Shown here: positions 37,331-47,389 of the stretch, in pieces
Numbering within the stretch: the first letter of the stretch is position 1
Layout of the letters: each line of letters starts with the position of its first letter
Source of the DNA: Candidatus Marinacidobacterales bacterium
GTDB lineage: Bacteria; Acidobacteriota; Vicinamibacteria; Marinacidobacterales; DATDRI01
Direction: 5' to 3'
Assembly (NCBI GenBank): GCA_965226495.1
Contig: OZ245365.1
Coordinates: 512,001-576,000, forward strand
DNA length: 64,000 nucleotides
Made by a program: the position numbers and the translations under genes
The notes under the pieces: generated by a model
What the model was told of the DNA's origin: nothing
What the model saw: only the letters and a program-made list of their open reading frames with translations
The model's database searches: none

Positions 37331-39744
37331 GTTGGGTAGGTAAGACCGTTCACCGTAAGGAAGACGATCGGTTGATTCGTGGCAAAGGCCTCTTCGTGGA
37401 CGATTACAAAATGGGTGGCATGCTACACGTGAAGTTCGTCACTTCGCCCTACGCTCACGCCAAAATAAACAGCATCGACGTTTCCGAGGCCGAGGCGATT
37501 CCGGGCGTGGTCTGCACCCTGACCGGAGCCGAAGTCGCGGAGCAGACTGACCCATTCATCGAGCTCGCGCCCGACCCCGGCGCCAAGATCCAGGACTACT
37601 GCATGGCAGTGGGGAAGGTGCGCTTCCAGGGTGAGCCCGTCGTCGCGGTCGCCGCGGAAACGGCCGCCATTGCCTCGGACGCCGCCGCTTTGATCGAAGT
37701 CGACTACGACATGCTCGAGACGGTGGTGGACACCGAGGTCGCACTCGAAGACAAAACCATCCTCCACGAGACGGCGGGGACTAACAAGGTTTGGCACGGC
37801 GTCTACGAGTGGGGTGAGGTCGACAAGGCGTTCGACGAGGCGGCCCACATCGTCAAGATCGACAAGATGCATTTCCATCGATTTACGAGTACGCCGCTCG
37901 AGACCAACGCCCATGTGGCGCAGTGGGCGCAGGAAGGAAGAATTCACTTCTGGACAAATTGTTCCTTCCCGGCGTTCGCGATTCAATTCCTGGCTCCGGC
38001 GCTTAGAGTTCCCATCGATCAGATCCGCGCCAAGACGCACGACATCGGAGGCAGTTTCGGGATCAAGATCACGAACTATCCAACGATGGCGATTTGCGCT
38101 TTGCTTTCGCGCAAAGCGGGTGGTGTTCCGGTGAAGTGGGCCGAGACCCGCAGCGAGCATCTGACGGGGAGCGCCCACGGAAACGAGCGAACTTACCGCA
38201 ATACCGAGGTCGCCCTCGACAAGGACGGCGTCATGACCGCTATCCGTTCCAAGCACATCGACGACGCCGGTGCCTTTCCTCGTTACGAGCCCCTCGGATG
38301 CGTGATCTGGTCACAGGTGGTTCCCGCGACATACAAGATCCGGAATCTCCGCATCGACTTCAATCAGGCCGTGACTAACAAATGTCCGGTGGGGCCCAAT
38401 CGGGGCTATTCCCGGCTTCAGCATCTGTGGTTCATGGAGCGGGTCATCGATATCTGTGCTCACAAGCTGGGCATCCCGGGGGACGAGATGCGCCTCCGGA
38501 ACTACATCCGAGATTTCCCGTACGAAACGCCCAACGGCTGCGTCTACGATTCGGGTGATTTCCCGAAGATGATGGAGATCGCCAAGAAGCTCGTCGGTTG
38601 GGACGACTGGAAGAAAAAACAAGAGGCAGCCCGCAAAGAAGGAAGGTGGTTCGGGATCGGCATCGGAACGACCTTGGACTCTGGGACCAACAACTTCGGG
38701 CAGGCGCGTATCATCAATCCCTATTTGCCCTTTTCGGGTAACTCCGAGGTTGCGAACATCAAGCTCGACATCGATGGCACGGTGGTCGTCACCCTCGGCA
38801 CGGTCCCTCAAGGGCAGTCGCACGAGACGACGACGTCGCAGGTGGTCGCCAGCGAGCTAGGCATCAGTCCGGAAATGGTGTCGGTGCGACCCGGTTTCGA
38901 CACCGAATGGAATACCTACACCGGGCACTCCGGAACCTACGCCAGCCAGTTCGCGGTCACCGGGCTTTCCGCTGTCCACGGGGCAGTGGAGAAGCTCAAG
39001 GCGGAGATGAAAAAGGTTGCCGCGTTCGCCCTGGAGGCAGACGAAGGTGATCTGGAGTTCGGGATCGGGGAGCAGGGTCCCGAAGTGCGGGTCAAGGGAA
39101 CCGATCGTTCAGTCGCCTATTGGAGGCTCTCCAATCTGGTCAACGCCAATAACCTCGAGCTCAGCGAAGAGCTTCGCGAGACCATTAGCCTTAATTGTCG
39201 TTACATCTACCACCCTCCATTCGAAATTCCCGATGTCGAGAAGAAGTTCGGAAACCTGACGCTGACCTACGCCGCCCAGCTTCACATCGCGGTCATGGAG
39301 GTCGACAAGGAGACTTTCCATCCAAAGATCCTCGCCTATGCCGCGGTCGACGATTGCGGGAAGAAGATCAATCCCACCATCGTGGAAGGACAAGTCCACG
39401 GCGCGACTGCGCACGGCATCGGTGCGGCACTCTTGGAGAACTGCGTTTACGACGCCGACGGCAACATGCTCACCAGCCAGTTCGCGGAGTACGTGCCGAT
39501 CACCGCGATGAACATGCCGCACATCGAGTGCGGGAGTCTCGAGAGCCCGTCGCCCTTTTCCTACAACGGGGCGAAGGGCATGGGTGAAGGCGGTGGCGCA
39601 CCACTCCATGCCGTTTCTGCGGCGCTCCAGGACGCTTTGCAGGCCGAGGGCGTGATTATCAGCGAGTCGTTCAACGGCCCGAGCGCGCTCTTTGACACCG
39701 TCCGCAGTGCGGGGAAGGACAAGAACGTCACCGTCGTGAAGTAG
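37327..39744 (+). CDS. Xanthine dehydrogenase family molybdopterin-binding subunit
   Basis: RKEDDRL, SPYAHA, IGGSFG, QGQSHET, VEGQVHG, GAKGMGEGG; active-site loop PNRGYSR. Confidence 0.93.
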   Translation: MSWVGKTVHRKEDDRLIRGKGLFVDDYKMGGMLHVKFVTSPYAHAKINSIDVSEAEAIPGVVCTLTGAEVAEQTDPFIELAPDPGAKIQDYCMAVGKVRFQGEPVVAVAAETAAIASDAAALIEVDYDMLETVVDTEVALEDKTILHETAGTNKVWHGVYEWGEVDKAFDEAAHIVKIDKMHFHRFTSTPLETNAHVAQWAQEGRIHFWTNCSFPAFAIQFLAPALRVPIDQIRAKTHDIGGSFGIKITNYPTMAICALLSRKAGGVPVKWAETRSEHLTGSAHGNERTYRNTEVALDKDGVMTAIRSKHIDDAGAFPRYEPLGCVIWSQVVPATYKIRNLRIDFNQAVTNKCPVGPNRGYSRLQHLWFMERVIDICAHKLGIPGDEMRLRNYIRDFPYETPNGCVYDSGDFPKMMEIAKKLVGWDDWKKKQEAARKEGRWFGIGIGTTLDSGTNNFGQARIINPYLPFSGNSEVANIKLDIDGTVVVTLGTVPQGQSHETTTSQVVASELGISPEMVSVRPGFDTEWNTYTGHSGTYASQFAVTGLSAVHGAVEKLKAEMKKVAAFALEADEGDLEFGIGEQGPEVRVKGTDRSVAYWRLSNLVNANNLELSEELRETISLNCRYIYHPPFEIPDVEKKFGNLTLTYAAQLHIAVMEVDKETFHPKILAYAAVDDCGKKINPTIVEGQVHGATAHGIGAALLENCVYDADGNMLTSQFAEYVPITAMNMPHIECGSLESPSPFSYNGAKGMGEGGGAPLHAVSAALQDALQAEGVIISESFNGPSALFDTVRSAGKDKNVTVVK

Positions 39745-39906
39745 CCGTGAACTGAGGGCGATCTACGACCTGGCGACTTGGATCGAGCGCCGACCTACCT
39801 GATGTTTCGCGACAGCCCGAGCCTCAGTGCCCGGATTCGCGCGAGTAGCTCCTCCGGTTTGTTCCGCCATCCGATAGGTGCAGATGACGCCATTCTCGCC
39901 TACATG

Positions 39907-39959
39907 TGTCCACTATATTTTCCTGTCCACGGCACGTGGACAGATCTAATAAGTGGACA
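39907..39959. repeat. Nested inverted repeat made of four TGTCCAC boxes
   Basis: TGTCCACT-N8-CTGTCCACG-GCA-CGTGGACAG-N8-AGTGGACA. Confidence 0.8.
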
Positions 39960-40006
39960 GACCCGGGCTGAGGGATTCACCGTATCTCGGCGCGCGTATT
40001 TCCGAC

Positions 40007-41076
40007 TTATGCCGCGTGCTGTGGCCGGCGCCCTTCTTCGATCTGCTCCAGGTAGCGGCCGATGTAACGTACTCCGTCCACGATCAAAGGACAGTGCCTA
40101 CCTATGAAGGCATCCTCTTCTTCTGGCGTGCGAGGAGACTTCTCCCGCCAGTTCCGGAGCACCTGCTGGCCGTCGTAGTCGACGTAGCTGCATCGGAAGG
40201 AGAAGTCGTCCTCCGGTAGCAAAAGCGCATCTCCCGGGAGGAGCGCTACGTGCTCTAGCTGCAGTAGGTCCTTGGCGAGTCGCCCCGCCGTCTCGATGCC
40301 GACCCGATTGAGGCGCTCGCGAAAGGCATTGAAATCGACGTAGAGATAGAAACCTCCCTCGGGCTCAGTCGTTTCGACGCCCTGGATATTCGAGAAGAGA
40401 GATGCACTCTTCCTGCCAATGAGAGCGTTCACTGCTCTTGCGTCTCGGACATAGTCGTCCACGTCGTTCTCGGTGGAGTACGCGACCAAGGCGGCTTGCT
40501 GTATCGGATCGGCAACGCAGGAGTATGTCGACCCCGCGACCTTGAGGACGTTCTTGACGAGCTCCCGGGGTTCCCAAGGGAAAATACCTACTCCCAGGCG
40601 GTAGCCGCCGCAGGAGCGGTCCTTGGAAAGGCCGCCGGTCACGATGGTCGCTTCCGGTAGGATGCGGGCCATACTCGTGAAGGCTTGAGGCTCGAAGCTC
40701 GTCCGCGCGTAGATTTCATCCGCGATGACGACGATGCGATGGCGCCTACAGACGTCGGCTAGCGACCTTAACTCGTCCTCGCGGTAAAGCACTCCGGTTG
40801 GATTGTGCGGTTGGTTGAAGATGAGAATCTTCTGTTTCCCGTCCAAGCCCTCAACGGCTCGGTCGAGTAGTAGTCATGGTGGCCGGCGCACTTCGCGAGC
40901 GCTTCGACGACTGTCGGTGGCGGCGGAAAGGGTGATTGCCCGAAAGCGAAATGATGGTACGGCCGGTTGCATCCACCTCGCCGACAGGCTTCGCGGAAGG
41001 CTCGGATCTGATCGTTGATGCGCAGGTTGGCAGGCGACGATACCTCGAGGAGGTGACTTTCCAAAGCAATCGACAT
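40007..41076 (-). pseudogene. PLP-dependent aminotransferase class I/II with internal deletion and frameshift
   Basis: HFAFGQSPF N-terminus; NQPHNPTG, ADEIY, GGLSK, GYRLG in another frame. Join near 40860 skips the expected middle section. Confidence 0.82.
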
Positions 41077-41083
41077 GGGTGGG

Positions 41084-43084
41084 TTACCCTTTCCCGTACT
41101 GGGCGCGAAGCTCGCGTCGAATGATCTTGTTGGATGGCGTCCGCGGTAGGGCATCGATCACGACGAGATCGTGCAGCTTGAACAGAGGGTTGAGCTTTGA
41201 CGCGATGAGGGACCCAAGCTCTCGTCTAAGCTCGGCCTGCTCCACTGGATCGCGAAGCACGGCGTATACAACCAGCTTATCGGCGCCCTGCCCTTCCGGC
41301 TGAATGGCGATAGCGGCACTCTCGTAGACTGAGGGATGAAGATCGAGCACCTGCTCCAACTCCGCCGAGCTGACTTTGATACCGCCCAGGTTCATCGCGT
41401 CATCGGCGCGACCGGCTGCCTTGAAAAAACCCTTATGCAGTCGAGCGATGCGATCTCCGTGACGGCGGAGTACTTCGCCATTTGGCCCACTCGGAGAACC
41501 CACGTAGTAGACGTCGTCGTGGTTTTTGTTGAGTAGCGTTTGAGAAAGCCCGATGGCGGGAGGAATAAGATAGAGCTCGCCCTCACCACCTTCAGGAACT
41601 GGCGCACCCTGTTCGTCGAGGATGACGAAGTCCGTTCCTAATGTTGGAGTGGTGAAGGTAGAGGGAGAGGCGTGTTGGATCACCGTGCCGGTAATGTGCC
41701 CCCCGCCGATCTCGGTGCCACCGAGATACTCGATAACGGGAGCTCGATAACCGGTGCGACTCATCAGCCAAAGATAATCCTCTTGGTTCGATGGCTCTCC
41801 GGTCGAGCTGAAGACGCGGATGCCGTTCCAGTTGGCATCTTCCAGAGCGGACGAGCGTCGCCACGCGCGGACCAGCGAGGGTACGACCCCGAGGATCGAA
41901 ACCCCGCCTTCGTCGATGAAGCGGGCGAAGCCGTCTCCAGTGGGGGCTCCTTCGTAAAGGGCCATGGTCGCCTTGTTCATGAGGGTCGCGTAGATTAACC
42001 ATGGACCCATCATCCAGCCGATGTTTGTCGGCCACGCCACGGTGTCTTCGGAGCCGATGTCTTGATGAAAGTGACCGTCCATCGCGCACTTGATCGGCGT
42101 GAGATGAGTCCAGGGTATCGCCTTGGGAACCCCGGTCGTTCCCGAAGAGAAGAGGACGTTGATGACATCGTACGGGTCGGCCGGCGAGTTAGTGAACTCG
42201 TTGGCAGTGGCGAGCACCTCTTTCCACGGCGTGTCCTGATCCCGAAGTGGCGGTGAATCTCCGATACCTTCTCCTGAAGGAGGTATCACTATGGCGCTTG
42301 GAATCTCTGCCTTGCGGACCTTGTCGTAGGGCCGAATGATCTTGCCCGACCATTGATAGCCGGCGGACGTGACGACGAGACTCGCCTCCGCGATCTCCAT
42401 TCGTTTCTTTAATTCTTCGGGCGAAAAACTATCCGCGATCGACACCACCCGTCTGCCCGCACGCACGATCCCAAGGTAGGCGACAACGCACTCGAGGGTC
42501 ATCGGCATATAGAGGCCGATCGCGGCTTCCGGCGCAGTGCGATCCTGAACGAATCTCGCCATCCGACTAACGAGCTCCTCGAGGCCTTGGTAGGAAGTTC
42601 GTGCTAACTCTGCTGAACCTTCCCGCCCCGAGACGATCGCGGTACCTTCCGGGGGAGCACCGAAGCAGCTATCGGCGATGTTGAGGCGCGCACCCGGTAA
42701 CCATTGGGGAGAGCGTGGACCGGCCGATGAATCGATGGTTGCGTCGGGCCGACGCGCAAAGACGAGCGAAAGTCGCTCGATCACTTTCGCCCAGAAGTCC
42801 TCGCGGTTCGCTATCGACCAGGTGTGGAGCTCCCGGTAGTCTGAGTACCCGAGCCCAGCCATGACTTGTCCCAGGTTGGAGGCCTCGATCCGGGCGGGGT
42901 CCGGGCGCCAGGCAATGGGAGGCCCGTTTTCGAGCTTTCGGTCGCGAAATATCTCTTGGAACATGGCCCATTGCTCCTCGAACGGCGGAGACGGGTCTTT
43001 TTGGTATGCGGCCACCTGTCGGGCCCAGCGCTCATCTTGCTCGTTCGGTTGGAAAGAGCGTGTGGGCCGGGCGGTTTGGGACAT
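41084..43084 (-). CDS. AMP-binding acyl-CoA synthetase
   Basis: LFSSGTTGVPK, GWMMGPW, STGE, GGTE, HGD, GRADD, PRTPSNK. Confidence 0.93.
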   Translation of the reverse strand: MSQTARPTRSFQPNEQDERWARQVAAYQKDPSPPFEEQWAMFQEIFRDRKLENGPPIAWRPDPARIEASNLGQVMAGLGYSDYRELHTWSIANREDFWAKVIERLSLVFARRPDATIDSSAGPRSPQWLPGARLNIADSCFGAPPEGTAIVSGREGSAELARTSYQGLEELVSRMARFVQDRTAPEAAIGLYMPMTLECVVAYLGIVRAGRRVVSIADSFSPEELKKRMEIAEASLVVTSAGYQWSGKIIRPYDKVRKAEIPSAIVIPPSGEGIGDSPPLRDQDTPWKEVLATANEFTNSPADPYDVINVLFSSGTTGVPKAIPWTHLTPIKCAMDGHFHQDIGSEDTVAWPTNIGWMMGPWLIYATLMNKATMALYEGAPTGDGFARFIDEGGVSILGVVPSLVRAWRRSSALEDANWNGIRVFSSTGEPSNQEDYLWLMSRTGYRAPVIEYLGGTEIGGGHITGTVIQHASPSTFTTPTLGTDFVILDEQGAPVPEGGEGELYLIPPAIGLSQTLLNKNHDDVYYVGSPSGPNGEVLRRHGDRIARLHKGFFKAAGRADDAMNLGGIKVSSAELEQVLDLHPSVYESAAIAIQPEGQGADKLVVYAVLRDPVEQAELRRELGSLIASKLNPLFKLHDLVVIDALPRTPSNKIIRRELRAQYGKG

Positions 43085-43181
43085 TCCAGCCACAATCTTA
43101 GTCCGAAAGGGCCCGCCGGGGTGTGGTGTAACCAACTCTTCGACTGGTTAAACCGAGCCCGGTTTCCACGCAGGCTATGAC

Positions 43182-44903
43182 GTGTTAGTCTCCGACCCCG
43201 TGAGCAGATACCTCCTTCTCTTTGTGCTGTTTCTCGGTGCCTGCGGGCAGCCCAGGCCCGAACCTCCAGACTGGATCCTTCACAACGGCAAGATCGTGAC
43301 GGTGGATGGGGACTTCCGGATTGCCGAGGCGGTTTCGATCCGGGCCAACGAGTTCCTTCGCGTGGGCCACGATGCGGACGTTCTCGGTACTCGCGGACCG
43401 GCCACGAGAGTGGTCGATTTGGGCGGAAGGACGGTTATCCCAGGGCTCATCGACAACCATAACCACCTACAGGACAAAGCGGTCGACCAATATTTGGGCG
43501 TCGAAGTAGCTTTGGTCGAGTCGTTGGAGGAAATGCTGGACGCGATACGCGCCAAGGCGAAGGACACACCCCCGGGTGAGATGATCTACACGACGTCTGG
43601 ATGGTTGATGGATCAGCTCGCGGAAAAGACGCCGCCGGATCGGTATTCGCTCGACCAGGCCGCGCCCAACAACCCGGTCCTGGTTCAGGGAGGGCACACT
43701 TATTACCTGAACTCGGCGGCGCTCGAGCTAGTCGGGATCAACCGGGCCACGCCGTCCCCGAGCGGCGGATTGGTTCACAAGGATCCGGGCGGTGTCCCGA
43801 CGGGGCTGCTCGTGGACAACGCCATGGCGCTAGCGCGCCATCTCATTCCGAAGCCTACCCATGAAGACCGGATGGAGGCGTTGAGAGTAGCTCAACGTAA
43901 ACAAAACGCGGTCGGCGTCACCGGAATTCGCGAGCCAGGACTCACGCCGGAAAAAATGCGCGCCTACAACGAGCTGCGGGCTCGCGAGGGACTGACGCTA
44001 CGTGTGAGTATGAACCTTAGCCTCGACAACCGGCGTAGTGCAGAGGAACTGATCCAGCAATTGGAGGAGTGGGGAGTGGCAACCGGCTTCGGAGATCCCT
44101 GGCTGCGTCTCGACGGCATCGGCGAGTTCGGGATCGATGGCGGATTCGAGGCAGCGTTGATGAGCGAGCCCTATCACGAGTTGGCGGGAGCTCCTGCACC
44201 GGCCGACTACTATGGCCTCCAGCGGATCGAGACGGAGAAATTCGAAGAGGTGATGGAGGGCATGGCCCGTCTCAACTGGCGGGGAAGCATTCACGTGGTC
44301 GGTGACAAAGGGCTCGACGTCGTGCTGGCGGCCTATGAGAAGGCCAACGAGGCCAAAGACATCGGGCCTCTCCGATGGATCCTCGAGCACTGCCATTACA
44401 CGCGCCCCGATCAGTTCGAGAAGATCAAGGAGCTCGGGTTATCTATCTCCACCCAGTTCCACCCGTACATGTCGTCCAATACGATGATCCGACACTGGGG
44501 GCCGGAGCGCGCCGCTCAGACGATGCGCCTTCGCGATTGGCTGGATGCGGGTATCCGCGTGGGGGGAGGAAGTGATTGGTCTCTGGTGCCGGCCAATCCT
44601 TTTTGGATGATTTACTTTTGGGTCACAAGGGAAACGCGGTTATGGGACGCGATTGGCCCCGAGCAACGCATCAGCCGCGAGGAAGCTCTCCGCGTTATGA
44701 CCATCAACAACGCGTACCTCACGTTCGAAGAAGAAATTAAGGGATCGATCGAGTCCGGTAAGCTCGCCGATTTCGTGATTCTCTCCGAGGACATTCTGAC
44801 CGTCCCGGAGCAAAAGATAAGGGATATTCGAGCTCTGGCGACTTTCGTCGATGGCAAGCTGGTTCACGAAGCACCCGATGCTGAGTCGCTCGGCTTGAAC
44901 TAA
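43182..44903 (+). CDS. Amidohydrolase-3 (YtcJ-like) lipoprotein
   Basis: Lipobox LGAC; DLGGRTVIPGLIDNHNH, HVVGD, LEH, GGSD, KGSIESGKLADFVIL. Confidence 0.9.
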   Translation: MLVSDPVSRYLLLFVLFLGACGQPRPEPPDWILHNGKIVTVDGDFRIAEAVSIRANEFLRVGHDADVLGTRGPATRVVDLGGRTVIPGLIDNHNHLQDKAVDQYLGVEVALVESLEEMLDAIRAKAKDTPPGEMIYTTSGWLMDQLAEKTPPDRYSLDQAAPNNPVLVQGGHTYYLNSAALELVGINRATPSPSGGLVHKDPGGVPTGLLVDNAMALARHLIPKPTHEDRMEALRVAQRKQNAVGVTGIREPGLTPEKMRAYNELRAREGLTLRVSMNLSLDNRRSAEELIQQLEEWGVATGFGDPWLRLDGIGEFGIDGGFEAALMSEPYHELAGAPAPADYYGLQRIETEKFEEVMEGMARLNWRGSIHVVGDKGLDVVLAAYEKANEAKDIGPLRWILEHCHYTRPDQFEKIKELGLSISTQFHPYMSSNTMIRHWGPERAAQTMRLRDWLDAGIRVGGGSDWSLVPANPFWMIYFWVTRETRLWDAIGPEQRISREEALRVMTINNAYLTFEEEIKGSIESGKLADFVILSEDILTVPEQKIRDIRALATFVDGKLVHEAPDAESLGLN

Positions 44904-44970
44904 ACCCGCCGGAGGTCGGCCCCGATCCCGAAAGCGCGTCCGAAGCCCTGGGTTGAGCGAACCACCTGAA

Positions 44971-45000
44971 CCCTCGGGCAACAAGGTTCGTGCCCGAGGG
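44971..45000. terminator. Hairpin between convergent genes, possible terminator
   Basis: CCCTCGGGCA-N10-TGCCCGAGGG; no U-tract. Confidence 0.4.
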
Positions 45001-45031
45001 CCGGAGGTCGTCGGCTTTGCGCGAAACGGGT

Positions 45032-45613
45032 CTAGTGTTCCGGCGCGATCTTCACCATGATGTGGGCGTACGGGGTGCCCTTCCACATGACGTAGACGGG
45101 GTCCTTGGGGTCGGTGGAAAGCCCCTCCAACGCAGCCGAATCCGGCACCAGGATCATCAGATGTGGTCCTTCCTTGATCCAGTCGTTGTCGCTAGTGGGT
45201 TTGCTCGCGTAGGGATCCTTGTTGCTGACTCCCAGGGCTTCTCCCTCGCCGGCCAGCATGTAGGAGATGCTGAACTCTTTTACGTCGACTGGCTTCTTGT
45301 TCATCATGGCACCGAGCACCTCGTCCCATTGGGAGTCGGTTGTCAGCATCGGTCTCCGGGTCAACGGATCGGGTCGGTTGCACATCGGCCCGATGGCCGA
45401 TGACCCAGGGTAGCAGGTCCAGCCGTTCGACCCTTCCCTCAGCACCTTACCGTCCGAGGACTTGATCGTAGCGTTCTTCGTGACGGCCGCAGGAGCGGCG
45501 CTTTCCGCGTCCGTGATGAGCTCGGCCTTGCTCTTCTCCGCGTGTACGAGGCCGACCACCACCAGGCATAGCACTACAGACATTCCAACTAACATGATTT
45601 TCTTCACGTTCAT
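45032..45613 (-). CDS. Secreted hypothetical protein
   Basis: Signal peptide; AESAAP, LREGSNGWTC, PMC, YMLAG, GPHLMI, VMWKGTPYAHIM; AAGGAGG RBS. Confidence 0.85.
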   Translation of the reverse strand: MNVKKIMLVGMSVVLCLVVVGLVHAEKSKAELITDAESAAPAAVTKNATIKSSDGKVLREGSNGWTCYPGSSAIGPMCNRPDPLTRRPMLTTDSQWDEVLGAMMNKKPVDVKEFSISYMLAGEGEALGVSNKDPYASKPTSDNDWIKEGPHLMILVPDSAALEGLSTDPKDPVYVMWKGTPYAHIMVKIAPEH

Positions 45614-45778
45614 GGACCCTCCTTGGGAACGGTGGAGATTCTACTGATTTTCCGGTTGAAATTGCAATCCTTTTGAGCCGGTCAAGCCACCGAGGACCTC
45701 CGAGTCGTTGACAGCTATAGAAACTGCGTGCTAGCATCCGCCGCTTGAAGCTGGCCGCCTTCAAGTGATGAGGATCTC

Positions 45779-47245
45779 GTGAGCCCTCCCTCCGTCGGCC
45801 TCGTCGTTTTCGGTCTCTACCTAGTAGCCGTCGTCGCTATCGGCCTCATTTCGGCTCGATACCAAAAGACTTCCGAAGATTTTTGGGTGGCAAGCCGCCG
45901 GTTTGGTGTCGTGGTGTTGGTCATTGCCAACATGGCGGCCATCATGCACGGCGGCTCTATCCTGAGCGGCATGGCTTTCGCCGGCCGGTTCGGCGGCGTG
46001 GCGATACTGCCGTATTTGTCCATGTCTCTGGGCTTCGCGGTTATCTTTTTCTTTTTCGCGAAGAAACTCCGGGAGTCCAAGGGGTTCACCCTTCCGGACT
46101 ATATGGGAGACCGGTTCGACAGCCGCTTCTTGCGCATCTGGAGCGCGATCATGGTCGCCGTCTCCAGCATCGTCTACGTGGTCGCCCAGATCCGAGGCAT
46201 GGGCTTCATCCTGGAAAAGCTCCTCGGAATACCGTTCTTCTGGGGATTGGTCCTCGGGACCGTCATCTTCGTCTTTTATGTCGCCCTCGGCGGTCTTCTC
46301 GCCGTCGTCTGGACCAACATCGCCCAGTTCGTTTTCATGTGGGTGGGCCTCATGTTTCTCGCTCCCTACGTCTACCAGATGGCGGGGGGATGGTTCGAGG
46401 TGCTGGAGAAAGTCGAACAGGTGGCACCGGGCTGGACCTCAGTCCGCGGAACGACATGGACGACCAGCTTCTTGATCTCCTGGTATGTAGTATGGTTCGT
46501 CGCGTATTGCACACGAATCGAGCTGATCACCAAGATGTTTGCGGCTCGCGATAGCAAGATCGCTCGTTTCTCGATACCCTTCACCGCGTTGCTGGTGGGA
46601 GGCTTTTTGCTCTACGGGAATTTTTACCTAGGCGCCGCGGCGCGCGTTCTAGTGTGGGATCAAATCTCGAGTCCCGATCAAGCCTTTCCGGCGTTGGTGG
46701 GAGCCACGCTAGGACCCTTCTTGTCCGCGATCGCATTGACCGGCATCGCCAGCGCCGCGATGTCTACAACGGACTCGTTACTTCTCATGTCGGGGGCAGC
46801 GATCTCTCACGACATACTGCGAAAGAGCATTCACGAGCCCCGCGGCGTGGTCAAAGACGAGGGCTATTACTTGCGTGTCTCTCGCATCACGATCGTCGCG
46901 GTTGGAGTCATTGCTTTTCTAGGCTCCTTGCCGGATGTCGCCTTGATACTCCAGATCGTCTCCTACGCGGTGGCCATCGTCGGTGCTACTTTTTTCTTCC
47001 CGCTCATCGTGGGGCTCACTTCGCGCCGGGTGAGCAAAGAGGCGGCGACCGCATCCTCCGTGGGCGGCGGCGTCACGACCGCCATCTGGACGTGGTGGAC
47101 CCTGGCCGGTGCGGACTGGGTGCAAGGAGTGCATCCGGGAATCGTCGGGCTGGCTGTCGGCGGCGGCCTGATGCTCGTCGTCAACTTTTTCACACAACCG
47201 GTTAGAGAAGAAGCGACCAACAAGTTCTTTCCGGAGAAAGCCTGA
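45779..47245 (+). CDS. Sodium:solute symporter
   Basis: EDFWVASR, TLPDYMGDRF, YVALGGLLAVVWT, SAAMSTTDS; about 13 TMs. Confidence 0.93.
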   Translation: MSPPSVGLVVFGLYLVAVVAIGLISARYQKTSEDFWVASRRFGVVVLVIANMAAIMHGGSILSGMAFAGRFGGVAILPYLSMSLGFAVIFFFFAKKLRESKGFTLPDYMGDRFDSRFLRIWSAIMVAVSSIVYVVAQIRGMGFILEKLLGIPFFWGLVLGTVIFVFYVALGGLLAVVWTNIAQFVFMWVGLMFLAPYVYQMAGGWFEVLEKVEQVAPGWTSVRGTTWTTSFLISWYVVWFVAYCTRIELITKMFAARDSKIARFSIPFTALLVGGFLLYGNFYLGAAARVLVWDQISSPDQAFPALVGATLGPFLSAIALTGIASAAMSTTDSLLLMSGAAISHDILRKSIHEPRGVVKDEGYYLRVSRITIVAVGVIAFLGSLPDVALILQIVSYAVAIVGATFFFPLIVGLTSRRVSKEAATASSVGGGVTTAIWTWWTLAGADWVQGVHPGIVGLAVGGGLMLVVNFFTQPVREEATNKFFPEKA

Positions 47246-47389
47246 AAGCCTGATGCTAGGACTACCGCTCAGTAGTTTCATCCTGCTCTTTGTGTTGCCA
47301 ACCCTGGTCTTGATCCCGATGTTCTACTATTGTTGGCTAATCAAGAAGGGACGCCGAGATTGAACGACGGTCTCGGAGGAGGAAAAGAA

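Noticed and set aside
35497-39744. Aerobic CO dehydrogenase
   Set aside because: Lacks the AYxCSFR Cu-binding loop and coxDEF.
45335-45380. Possible small insertion flanked by GTCGGTTG direct repeats in the secreted protein
   Set aside because: The 38-bp spacing is not a multiple of 3 yet the frame is intact; cannot be supported without homolog alignment.
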